From NCBI GenBank assembly GCA_016937695.1, contig JAFGWC010000123.1, forward strand, positions 3,286-67,285: a DNA stretch of 64,000 nucleotides, written 5' to 3'. The notes under the pieces are model-generated. The model ran no database searches and had not been told where the DNA came from. It was given only the letters and a program-made list of their open reading frames with translations. The DNA comes from Bacteroidales bacterium (GTDB taxonomy: Bacteria > Bacteroidota > Bacteroidia > Bacteroidales > NBLH01). The position numbers and the translations under genes are program-made. This document shows positions 1 to 8,711 of the stretch, piece after piece. How positions within the stretch are numbered: position 1 is the first letter of the stretch; each line of letters begins with the position of its first letter.

Positions 1-590
1 AAGAAAAAGAGCAATTAAAAAACGAACTTTCATTTTTGCGCCAACAAATTAGTCCGCATTTTTTCATGAATACTTTAAACAATATTCATGCTTTAATAGA
101 TTTTGATACAGAAAAAGCTAAAATTGCGGTAATCGATTTATCAAAACTAATGAGACATTTGCTTAAAGAATCTGAAAATGAATACATTAGCATTAATGAT
201 GAAATGATTTTTATAAATAGTTATATAGATTTAATGAAATTACGATTTTCGGAAAAAGTGAAAATTAATTTGGTTTTGCCAGATAATATTCCTGAAAAAA
301 AAATCCCTACTCTACTTTTCATTTCATTACTCGAAAATGCTTTTAAATATGGAATTAGTTATAAAAAAGAATCCTTTATAAATATTTCTATAAATTTTGC
401 AGATAATAAATTATACTTTTCGATAGAAAACAGTAAAATTGAAGAAATATCTGAAAAAAAAGGCTTAGGAATTGGAATAAAAAACACCGAAAAAAGACTT
501 AAACTATTATTTGAAAATAATTTTACTTTTAAGATATTTGAAGATCAAAACATTTTTTCAGTTAATTTAATAATTCCGATAAATGATTAA
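1..590 (+). CDS. Sensor histidine kinase, LytS/YehU type (5'-truncated by window edge)
   Basis: The frame is open from window position 3, so the ORF-track start at 36 is an internal TTG. Motifs: 'LRQQISPHFFMNTLNNI' (LytS-family H-box, cf. QINPHFLFN), 'LLENAFKYG' (N-box) and 'GLGIGIKNTEKRL' (G-box). It overlaps the downstream response regulator by 8 nt (ATGATTAA). Confidence 0.85.
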   Translation, partial: EKEQLKNELSFLRQQISPHFFMNTLNNIHALIDFDTEKAKIAVIDLSKLMRHLLKESENEYISINDEMIFINSYIDLMKLRFSEKVKINLVLPDNIPEKKIPTLLFISLLENAFKYGISYKKESFINISINFADNKLYFSIENSKIEEISEKKGLGIGIKNTEKRLKLLFENNFTFKIFEDQNIFSVNLIIPIND

Positions 591-1299
591 TTGCATTGCT
601 ATAGATGACGAACCACTTGCTTTACAACAAATTGAAGCATATATAAAACAAACTCCGTTTTTAAATTTTATCGATAAATTCGATAATGCTTTTGATTCAA
701 TGCAAATTATATCTAAAGGAAAAATAGATTTAATGTTTGTTGATATAAATATGCCCGACATTAGCGGTTTGGATTTTGTTAAATCATTAGAAAAAAAGCC
801 TCTAATTATTTTCACAACTGCATACAGCGAATTTGCTTATGAAGGTTTTAAAGCTGACGCAATCGATTATTTATTAAAACCTATTGATTTTAGCAGTTTT
901 TTAAAATCAGCCAATAAAGCATTAAAAAATTTTAATTTTACTGATATTGCTGAAAACAATTTAAAAACAGACGACAAATATTTATTCATTAAATCTGATT
1001 ATAAGATAATTAGAATAAATTTCGATGAAATTAAATATATTGAAGGAATGCGAGAATATGTGAGAATTTATCTATTAAACTCAAAACCTTTAATGCCTTT
1101 ATTAAGCATGAAAATGCTTGAAAATAAACTTCCAAAAAAACAATTTATGAGAGTTCATCGCTCGTATATTGTTAATTTAAAGCATATTAATATAGTTGAA
1201 CGCAACAGAATTATTTTCGATAATGATGTTTACATTCCGATAAGTGAACAATATAAAGTACAATTTCAAAATTATATTGATAAGCATTTTTTGAAATAG
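583..1299 (+). CDS. LytTR-family two-component response regulator
   Basis: Receiver domain 'IAIDDEP...IDLMFVDINMPDISG...LLKP' plus a C-terminal LytTR DNA-binding domain 'IKYIEGMREYVRIYL...FMRVHRSYIVNLKHI'. Ends in TAG. Confidence 0.9.
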   Translation: MINCIAIDDEPLALQQIEAYIKQTPFLNFIDKFDNAFDSMQIISKGKIDLMFVDINMPDISGLDFVKSLEKKPLIIFTTAYSEFAYEGFKADAIDYLLKPIDFSSFLKSANKALKNFNFTDIAENNLKTDDKYLFIKSDYKIIRINFDEIKYIEGMREYVRIYLLNSKPLMPLLSMKMLENKLPKKQFMRVHRSYIVNLKHINIVERNRIIFDNDVYIPISEQYKVQFQNYIDKHFLK

Positions 1300-1425
1300 T
1301 TTTATTTATCAGATTGAAAAAAACTTGTATTTGGTTTAAACATCTCCCAAAACTGTTGAATTTAATTTCTAAGAGCTTTATTTAGAAATACTTTCATGCT
1401 ATTAATAATTAAAAATTTTAAAATT

Positions 1426-1884
1426 ATGAAAACAAAAATTAATTTTTTTAAAGTAATAGCAGCAATATTTGTTTTACTATTATCAGCAAATAACTTATTT
1501 GCACAAAACCAAATGCCGAATAATGGAATGATGCCGCCGCCAAATAATCGAGGACAAAAAGATTTTAAGCATCCGGAAATGATGCATGTAGATTCTTTAC
1601 AAGCAGAAATGATGTTTGAGCATTTTTCAAAAGAAATGAGCTTAAACGAAAAACAAAAAACTGAGATAAAAGCTTTGTTTTTAAATCATTTTAAACAATT
1701 GGAAGAACTACAAAAAAAAGAAAAAGAATTTATGGATAAAATGAGAGAAAAACATTTTAACCTAAAAAAGGAATTTGAAAGCTCAATTGAAAAAGAACTT
1801 GACCAAAAACAAAAAGAAAAATTCAGCATTTTTTTAAAAGAAAAAGAAGCAGAAATGCATCACAAAAATGGACCAATAAGATAA
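1426..1884 (+). CDS. Secreted Spy/CpxP/ZraP-like (LTXXQ-motif) periplasmic protein with Met/His-rich N-terminal segment
   Basis: Start moved to Met11 of ORF 1396..1884, giving the signal peptide MKTKINFF...NNLFAQ. Two LTXXQ-like motifs ('LNEKQ', 'LDQKQ') lie in a K/E-rich helical region. The mature N-terminus is rich in Met, His and Pro ('MPNNGMMPPP', 'HPEMMH', 'AEMMFEH'). Confidence 0.55.
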   Translation: MKTKINFFKVIAAIFVLLLSANNLFAQNQMPNNGMMPPPNNRGQKDFKHPEMMHVDSLQAEMMFEHFSKEMSLNEKQKTEIKALFLNHFKQLEELQKKEKEFMDKMREKHFNLKKEFESSIEKELDQKQKEKFSIFLKEKEAEMHHKNGPIR

Positions 1885-1915
1885 TTTGCTTGAAATATTT
1901 AAATCAAACTAAAAA

Positions 1916-1946
1916 AGCTTGAAAAGTAATTTTCAGGCTTTTTTTA
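1916..1946 (+). terminator. Rho-independent terminator after the Spy-like gene
   Basis: Stem agcttgaaaa / ttttcaggct (10 bp including one G-U), loop gtaa, followed by a T6 run. Confidence 0.6.
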
Positions 1947-2130
1947 TGATATTTATTGCACTTGGCTTTATCTGATTCTATTTTGTTAACTGGTAATTCA
2001 AATTAAATAATAAATATTTATTAAATTTACCATCTTTTTAAAAATTTAAATATCTACAAAATAAATTATTTTAAAAGCAATAAAATAAACTAAACAGCTT
2101 ATAACTAACTAATTACAAAATAACACATAT

Positions 2131-3546
2131 ATGAAAAAGATAAGTTTTTATTTCTATTTATTTATAACTATCGTAATATTAAATTCATGCCAGCAAAACG
2201 AAATTAAAAATATTGCCATTTTCTACACAAACGACGAACATGGCTGGATGGAAGCAAATAATGATTTTGGCGGAGCTGCCGGATTGGTAAATTTATGGAA
2301 TAACGAAAAATTCAAATCAGATTCTGTATTAATTATCAGCGGCGGCGATATGTGGACCGGTCCGGCTATTTCTACTTGGTACGGCGGCGAATCAATGGTA
2401 GAAGTTATGAATAATATGGGATATTCTGTTGCGGCAATTGGAAATCATGAATTTGACGTAAAAGAAAAAGGGTTAAGACAACGTGCCGAAGAATTAAATT
2501 TTCCTTTAATAGCTGCAAATTTTATTGAAAAAGATTCTCGCCAAATTCCTTCTTATGCAAAACCTTACATAATAAAAGAAATAAACGGTGTAAAAGTTGG
2601 TATTATTGGCCTTGCATCAATAAGTACACCACATACAACTTCGCCAATTAATGTTTTACAATACGAATTTACCGATTATGTTGAAGCTATAAACAGATAT
2701 GCTCCAATTGTAAAAAGAGAAGCCGATTTTGTAATTATTATTGCGCATATATGTGAAGATGAGATGATTGAGCTTGCTAAGACTGCAAAAAAACACGGAA
2801 TAAAACTAATTGGCGGCGGACATTGCCACGAAAGAGTTTTAAAAACTGTTGATGATGTGCTTTTAATGGAATCGGGTTCTGGAATGAGAAATTATGTAAA
2901 AGTTGAACTCGAATTCAACAAAACCAGTAAAAGCCTAAAAATCAAAAACAAAGAAATTATTGAAAATAAAAAAGCTGAACTTGATTCTACAACTCTTAAA
3001 ATAATTGAAAAATGGAAATCTAAAATTACAGGTGCGCTTTCTGAAGAAATTGGATATTGTTCTAAAAGAATTGAAAAACGTTCTACTGAAATGCAAAATA
3101 TGGTTATTGACTCGTGGCTTTTTAATTTTTCTGATGCTGATGTTGCTATTAATAACTCAACAAGCATTAGACAAGATATTGACAGTGGAATAGTAAAACT
3201 TGAAACTATTGTCGGTCTTTTGCCTTTTGATAATATGATTTATAAATTAGATATTTTAGGAAAAGATTTAATTGAAATTTCAACTAAATTTATGATTGGA
3301 GGAATGACAACTATTGGCTCTTATACTTTATCGAACGGAAAACCTATTTATGCAGACAGCACTTACACGATTTTAACAACTGATTATTTATATTCTGTAG
3401 AATCAACAAATTTGAGCAAATACGATTCTATTCCTGAAAATACTTATATTAATTACAGACAAACAACCATAGATTGGATAAAATCGTTAAAAACAACAAA
3501 AGAAAATCCTTTAAATAATTATTTAGATAATAAAGTAAGAAACTAA
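2131..3546 (+). CDS. Lipoprotein bifunctional metallophosphatase/5'-nucleotidase (UshA-like)
   Basis: Lipobox 'ILNSC'. Calcineurin-like phosphoesterase motifs 'TNDEHGW', 'GGDMWTG' and 'GNHEFD', followed by a C-terminal 5'-nucleotidase-like half. Confidence 0.8.
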   Translation: MKKISFYFYLFITIVILNSCQQNEIKNIAIFYTNDEHGWMEANNDFGGAAGLVNLWNNEKFKSDSVLIISGGDMWTGPAISTWYGGESMVEVMNNMGYSVAAIGNHEFDVKEKGLRQRAEELNFPLIAANFIEKDSRQIPSYAKPYIIKEINGVKVGIIGLASISTPHTTSPINVLQYEFTDYVEAINRYAPIVKREADFVIIIAHICEDEMIELAKTAKKHGIKLIGGGHCHERVLKTVDDVLLMESGSGMRNYVKVELEFNKTSKSLKIKNKEIIENKKAELDSTTLKIIEKWKSKITGALSEEIGYCSKRIEKRSTEMQNMVIDSWLFNFSDADVAINNSTSIRQDIDSGIVKLETIVGLLPFDNMIYKLDILGKDLIEISTKFMIGGMTTIGSYTLSNGKPIYADSTYTILTTDYLYSVESTNLSKYDSIPENTYINYRQTTIDWIKSLKTTKENPLNNYLDNKVRN

Positions 3547-3574
3547 AATACTATATAACAAACTCATTACAAAT

Positions 3575-3611
3575 AACTTATGAGTTACAAATAAATTTGT
3601 AACTCATAAGT
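3575..3611. terminator. Bidirectional hairpin terminator between convergent genes
   Basis: Near-perfect inverted repeat aacttatgagttacaaat / atttgtaactcataagtt, located between the stops at 3546 (+) and 3629 (-). Confidence 0.65.
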
Positions 3612-3628
3612 TTTAAAAGCTGAAAACA

Positions 3629-6508
3629 TTACATGTTTTCGGCTTTTTTGTTTGCATTTTCTTTAATAATTTCGACTTCTTTTTCAGCTTTTGCAACTAT
3701 TTCATCTGCTTTTTTATCAGCTTCGGCATTTAATTTATCGGCTTTAATTTGTGCTTGGTCATGCAGTTTTTGTGCTGATTTTTCTGCTTCACTTTTTATT
3801 ACTTCAGCAGATTTTTTAGCTCCGGCTTTTGTTATCGGATTGTTTGCTTTATTAATTAAAGCCTGAGCTTTTTTATTGGCTTCAGCTTTAAGCTTATCGC
3901 CTTGAATATCAGCTTCTTTAACAATATTTTCGCCTGCTGTTTTAGCTTCTGCTTTTATTTTTTCCGATTCTTGTTTTGCTTTTTCAATTAATTTTTGTGC
4001 TTGTTTATCTGCATCTTCAATTAATTTTTTAGCTTCTTTGCTTAATTCTTTTTTTATTTCTTGTTTAATTTCCTGTTTAATTCCGCCTTCGCTGTCTTTG
4101 CTTCCTTTTAGTTTAAATTTTGGATTGTCAATTTTTCCTTCAACCAAAATATCCATTTTTATATTTTCGGCAATATTTAAATCTTTTCCTGTTTTTGCAA
4201 TAAGATTATCTGCTACTTTATTAATTGTTTCGCCTAATTCTTTTCTTGGAATATTTAAGCCTAAATTATAATTAATATCTTTATTTATATTTTGCGAACC
4301 ACCAAATTCAATTTCCGATTTTCCAAATTTCATTTTTGTTGGTTCAACAATTAAATTTCCGTTTTCTACTTTAAATTTTAAATCAACATCGTTTAAAGCC
4401 GGATTTTCAAGTTTTTTCCATTTTGTAACAGCAGCAAGCTTTTCCAACGATTTTGATTTTGTTATACTTATTTCTTTTGATTGAAATCTGCCTGCGCCGT
4501 TTAATGTTTCGTAAATTGGCGACATATTATAATCCAAATCACTCATAAAATCAAAATCTAAAGAAAATTTACCATTTGTATTTTCAGCAATAGGCGCCAT
4601 TTGTTTAACTGTGTTAAATGCTTTAAAAGCCGCAGGAATGTTAAAATCCTTAATTTTTAAAAAGAAATCAACTTTTGGCTGCTTAATGTTTTTAGAATCA
4701 TAACTTCCATCCATATTCATGCTTCCATCTAAAAGGCTCATATTCAAAACCTTAAACATTGCTTTGCTGTTTTTCAAAGCTATATCTCCTTTTAAATTTG
4801 TGATATCCAAATTATCGTATTTTATTTTATCTATTTTTGATTTTAATAAAAAATCGATATTTTCAGGAATTTCAAAAGCTGTTAAAGGAACTGTATCTGT
4901 AAGCTCTTCAGTTTCTTTAACTGTATCTGTTGAACTCATTAATTCATTAATATCCAAATATTTAGAACTAAAATTAAATCTGGCAACTAAAGTAGAATCC
5001 TGTAAAGCATATGGCAAAACGTTATCAATTTTTCCCGACATGTGCATATCGCTTTTGCCAATTTTAACATCAAAATTATCAAGATTTACAAAAGCAGGCG
5101 TAAAATGCATTAAAGCATTTGTAATTTCAACCGTTTGAGGTAAATCTTTACTTGTGTAAGAAAATTTGCTTAACTCAATTTTTCCGTCAGCTTTAAATTC
5201 GTCATATTTTTCTTTTTCTATTGATGATAATTTTCCTGCCAAATCTAAATCTGCACCTATAAGTCCTTTAATATCAATATCTTCCATCGGAATTACATCA
5301 GCAAAACTGCTTAAATCAAATTTAGCTTTTAGCATTCCTTTCATATCAACATCTGCCAAAGTTGTAGAAATAAACATTTTTGCATCAATCGGATTTCCGG
5401 CAATTTCGGCATGTGCTTTTTTCAAATCAATTAAATTATCGTCGCCTGTTCCGCCTTTATTATCAACCTTAACGGCAATATTTATATTATTTACTGATTT
5501 TGGCAAATCAGGATATTTAAACATTCCATTTTCGATATTCAAATCAATACCAAAAGCCGGAAGTATAGAATCGTTATAAATTCCTTTTGCGTAACCTTTA
5601 AAATCAAATTTCCCTGAAGTTTCTACTTCGGCAAAATCTTGCATGTAAATAACTGGTATTAAAGACAATACAGATTTAAACTCCGTTTTTTTAGTACCAA
5701 ATTTGATATCCATTTCAATATCGTCTGTCGGCATTTTAACAATTCCATCAAAAGCCAATAAAATATCGTTTAAACCAAATTCGTTTTCTTTAAATTCAAA
5801 AGACATACTGTCCATATTTGCCTTAATATCAGAATTAAAGCTGATTTTTGCATTTTTCAGATATTTTAAACCATCCATTAAAAATGTTAAAGCTTCAATA
5901 TTCGATTTTATATTCAACGATGTTTCAGATTCGGACAAATCGCCTTTTAATAAAAAATTAAGTTTATCGATTTGCGCTTCCATATTCGATTCCTTATCGA
6001 TATACGAAATTCTGGCATCTATTATTTCAAACTTTTTTAATGATATTTTAAATTTTGTAGCTTCTGCTGTTGTGTCAATTTCTTCAATTGCACTTGTATC
6101 TTCTTTTGCAATATCCCAATTTGCTTTTCCGTTTTCAAGCACAATTGCCTTAATATCAGGATTATCCAAAATAATTGCTTTAATTTCAATTTGATTACCA
6201 AAAATTACGCTCATCAAATTTAAATCTGTTTGAAAATAATTAAACTTTACAAGAGTATCTTTTTCAAAATCGCCAATACCGGAAAGCGAAAGCTCGTCAA
6301 TTCTAACACTTAATGCCGGAAAACTTCGAATTAACGACAAGCTTAAATCTGCAAACTCTAGTTTTGCATTAAGGTTTTCATTTGCCTGATTTTTAACTAC
6401 TTGTATTATTTTTCCTTTAAATAAAATTGGTGTAACAATTATCAGAATTAATAATACTAAAATAAAAATTGCGCTGATTTTAAGTATTTTTTTTAGTTTT
6501 TGTTTCAT
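3629..6508 (-). CDS. AsmA-family envelope protein (959 aa) with K/A/E-rich repeat tail
   Basis: N-terminal membrane anchor 'ISAIFILVLLILIIVTPILF' followed by an AsmA-like start 'KGKIIQVVKNQANENLNAKLEFADLSLSLIRSFPALSVRIDELSLSG'. A long beta-rich body follows, then a C-terminal repeat array (separate feature). Confidence 0.8.
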   Translation of the reverse strand: MKQKLKKILKISAIFILVLLILIIVTPILFKGKIIQVVKNQANENLNAKLEFADLSLSLIRSFPALSVRIDELSLSGIGDFEKDTLVKFNYFQTDLNLMSVIFGNQIEIKAIILDNPDIKAIVLENGKANWDIAKEDTSAIEEIDTTAEATKFKISLKKFEIIDARISYIDKESNMEAQIDKLNFLLKGDLSESETSLNIKSNIEALTFLMDGLKYLKNAKISFNSDIKANMDSMSFEFKENEFGLNDILLAFDGIVKMPTDDIEMDIKFGTKKTEFKSVLSLIPVIYMQDFAEVETSGKFDFKGYAKGIYNDSILPAFGIDLNIENGMFKYPDLPKSVNNINIAVKVDNKGGTGDDNLIDLKKAHAEIAGNPIDAKMFISTTLADVDMKGMLKAKFDLSSFADVIPMEDIDIKGLIGADLDLAGKLSSIEKEKYDEFKADGKIELSKFSYTSKDLPQTVEITNALMHFTPAFVNLDNFDVKIGKSDMHMSGKIDNVLPYALQDSTLVARFNFSSKYLDINELMSSTDTVKETEELTDTVPLTAFEIPENIDFLLKSKIDKIKYDNLDITNLKGDIALKNSKAMFKVLNMSLLDGSMNMDGSYDSKNIKQPKVDFFLKIKDFNIPAAFKAFNTVKQMAPIAENTNGKFSLDFDFMSDLDYNMSPIYETLNGAGRFQSKEISITKSKSLEKLAAVTKWKKLENPALNDVDLKFKVENGNLIVEPTKMKFGKSEIEFGGSQNINKDINYNLGLNIPRKELGETINKVADNLIAKTGKDLNIAENIKMDILVEGKIDNPKFKLKGSKDSEGGIKQEIKQEIKKELSKEAKKLIEDADKQAQKLIEKAKQESEKIKAEAKTAGENIVKEADIQGDKLKAEANKKAQALINKANNPITKAGAKKSAEVIKSEAEKSAQKLHDQAQIKADKLNAEADKKADEIVAKAEKEVEIIKENANKKAENM
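3632..4033 (-). repeat. About 12 tandem 11-residue repeats (33-nt period) encoding the C-terminal 134 aa of the AsmA-like protein
   Basis: Hand segmentation: ADKQAQKLIEK / AKQESEKIKAE / AKTAGENIVKE / ADIQGDKLKAE / ANKKAQALINK / ANNPITKAG / AKKSAEVIKSE / AEKSAQKLHDQ / AQIKADKLNAE / ADKKADEIVAK / AEKEVEIIKEN / ANKKAENM. Confidence 0.7.
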
Positions 6509-6684
6509 GGCTGATTTTTTTATTAAACCCGATTTCTATTTTTAAATTTGATTTTTTATATCTATTTAATTAACAAATAAATACAACTATATATTATTAA
6601 AATTTCTAATATTAAATGTAAAAATAAGATTGAGATTTTTGATTTCTGAGACATAAATATTAAATTTCATAATTGATAAAATAA

Positions 6685-6993
6685 TTAATCTCTGCTTTCC
6701 CAAATATTCGGTTTTCGGCTTGTATGAAAAACGGCTAAAACATTAACAATAAAACTCTTAAAAACGAAAAATATAATAAAAGGAAACTTATCTGTTAATG
6801 CTTTCCGAATTTCTTTTTTAACTTTTGGGTATTGTTGTAGATTTAATAAAATTCTTTTCAGTGTTTTTTCTACTTCTTCAACAAATTCATCACCCAAATC
6901 TTCTTTTTTTGAATTATAATATTCCTTTGCCTCTTTTAAATCTTCCTCCGCAAATGTTGAGATAATTAGCTTAATTTCTTTTTTAAATTTCAT
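6685..6993 (-). CDS. Type II toxin, RelE/ParE family
   Basis: 102 aa. The layout is typical of the family: 'AEEDLKEAKEYY', then 'FVEEVEKTLKRI...YP', then 'FPFIIFF...VLAVFHTSRKP'. It starts 3 nt after the upstream antitoxin stop (TAG TAA ATG). Confidence 0.8.
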   Translation of the reverse strand: MKFKKEIKLIISTFAEEDLKEAKEYYNSKKEDLGDEFVEEVEKTLKRILLNLQQYPKVKKEIRKALTDKFPFIIFFVFKSFIVNVLAVFHTSRKPNIWESRD

Positions 6994-6996
6994 TTA

Positions 6997-7218
6997 CTAC
7001 AAATTAGCTTTAGTTTCCTCCCAAGTTTTACCGATATTAGGATTTTTAAGATAAAGCCCATAACGTTTGTCTAATTCTTCTTCTTGCTCTGCCGACAATT
7101 CTGTTGAATTTTCTTCTTCAATTTGAATAAAATCATAATCTGAAGCTAATGTGTTTAAAAATTCAATAATGCTCTTTGCTTGCTTTGAACTACTATCTAT
7201 TTTTATAGTGTAAATCAT
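6997..7218 (-). CDS. Putative antitoxin / addiction-module component
   Basis: Start set at the internal ATG (MIYTIKID...). Small acidic protein ending '...KTWEETKANL', lying immediately upstream of the RelE/ParE gene in the canonical antitoxin-first order. Confidence 0.6.
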   Translation of the reverse strand: MIYTIKIDSSSKQAKSIIEFLNTLASDYDFIQIEEENSTELSAEQEEELDKRYGLYLKNPNIGKTWEETKANL

Positions 7219-7323
7219 ATTTATGTTTTTTTTACAAATATAATGAATTAATTTACACAAGAATTGAAATTTATTGAGAAGAATTTCACGAAAATTATAA
7301 ATTAAATTTTAATAAAAGCTTAG

Positions 7324-8697
7324 TTAAAAATTGAATTTTTCGCGCTTTAAAAACTCGCCTTTGGTATGTTTTACTATTTTCTCGTTTTCAACTGCAATTT
7401 CGCCTTTGAAAATCACATATTCTACTGAGCCTTTGGTTTTTACACCGTCAAAAATATTTAAATCTGTGTTTTGAATATGTGTTTTTGCGGAAATAATATT
7501 TTCTTTTTCAGGATTCCAAATTACAATATCTGCATCGGAACCAACTGCAATTTTTCCCTTTTGTGGATATAAACCAAATATTTTTGCAGCATTTGTAGAA
7601 ATTATATCTGCAAATTTATTTAGACTTATTTTATTTGCTAAAACGCCATAAGTATATAGTAATGATAAACGATGCTCAACTCCACCTGCGCCGTTTGGAA
7701 TTTTCCTAAAATCAGAAATTCCATGTTTTTTTTGCTCTAAATTAAACGGACAATGATCTGTTCCAACAGTAGTAATTACCTCATCAACAATCGATTGCCA
7801 AAGAATTTCGTTATCTTCTTTTTTTCTTAATGGCGGACTTAAAATATAAGCGGCAACATTATCAAAATCGCCTTCATATTTCGAATCGTTTAATAAAAGG
7901 TAATGCGGACAAGTTTCGGCAAAAACTTTTTGTCCTTTTTTTTGTGCCTTTAAAATATAGCTAATAGACTCTTTTGCAGATACATGCACAATATATAATG
8001 GACAATTTAATTCATCGGCAAATTCAATAATTTTTTTAACTGCGCCGGCTTCCATTTTATTTGGCCGCGATAACATATGATATTTCGGCTCGATATTGCC
8101 TTTTGAAGCATAAGAGTTCCGTAATTCATCAATTTCATCGCCTAATTCTGCATGAACTGTTAATATTCCGCCTGATTTTTTTACAGCTTTCATCACATTA
8201 TACAAATCGCTGTCATTCAAGCCAATAGCTTCTTTATAAGCCATATAAACTTTAAAAGAATTTATACCTTCATCAACAATTTCTGAAATTTCTTTTTCAG
8301 TATTTTCATCCCATTTTACAGGACTTACATGAAAAGAAAAATCAATTAACGAATTTTCTGCTTCTTTTTTTCTAGTATTTAAGGCTTTTTTTAAAGTTTC
8401 TGTTTTTTTTGGAGTAACAAAATCTATTATTGTTGTTGTTCCTCCAATTAAAGCTGCTTTTGTGCCTATATAAAAATCATCGGCAGAATATCCGGCCGGA
8501 GTTGGCAAATACATATGAACATGCGGATCAATTGCTCCGGGAAAAACATAAAAATCATTTGCATTTATTTCTTTATCTGCCTTATTATCAATATTTTGTG
8601 CAATTAAAATAATTTTTCCATTTTCAATTAATAAATCAGATTTAAATGTGTTTTCTGAATTTACAATTGTTCCGTTTTTTATTAATATACTGCTCAT
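7324..8697 (-). CDS. Dihydropyrimidinase / D-hydantoinase (cyclic amidohydrolase)
   Basis: Metal-binding 'GAIDPHVHM', carboxylated-lysine motif 'SFKVYMAYK', and 'VHAE', 'LYIVHVS', 'GTDHCPF'. Confidence 0.85.
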   Translation of the reverse strand: MSSILIKNGTIVNSENTFKSDLLIENGKIILIAQNIDNKADKEINANDFYVFPGAIDPHVHMYLPTPAGYSADDFYIGTKAALIGGTTTIIDFVTPKKTETLKKALNTRKKEAENSLIDFSFHVSPVKWDENTEKEISEIVDEGINSFKVYMAYKEAIGLNDSDLYNVMKAVKKSGGILTVHAELGDEIDELRNSYASKGNIEPKYHMLSRPNKMEAGAVKKIIEFADELNCPLYIVHVSAKESISYILKAQKKGQKVFAETCPHYLLLNDSKYEGDFDNVAAYILSPPLRKKEDNEILWQSIVDEVITTVGTDHCPFNLEQKKHGISDFRKIPNGAGGVEHRLSLLYTYGVLANKISLNKFADIISTNAAKIFGLYPQKGKIAVGSDADIVIWNPEKENIISAKTHIQNTDLNIFDGVKTKGSVEYVIFKGEIAVENEKIVKHTKGEFLKREKFNF

Positions 8698-8711
8698 AAG
8701 TTTACGAATTT

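Noticed and set aside
3633-6194. Five + strand ORFs (3633..3866, 4038..4271, 4719..5138, 5166..5579, 5703..6194) inside the AsmA gene
   Set aside because: These are S/F/L/I-rich translations of the complement of K/E/A/N-rich codons. They have no start context or motifs, and the minus-strand 959-aa AsmA-like ORF explains the region.
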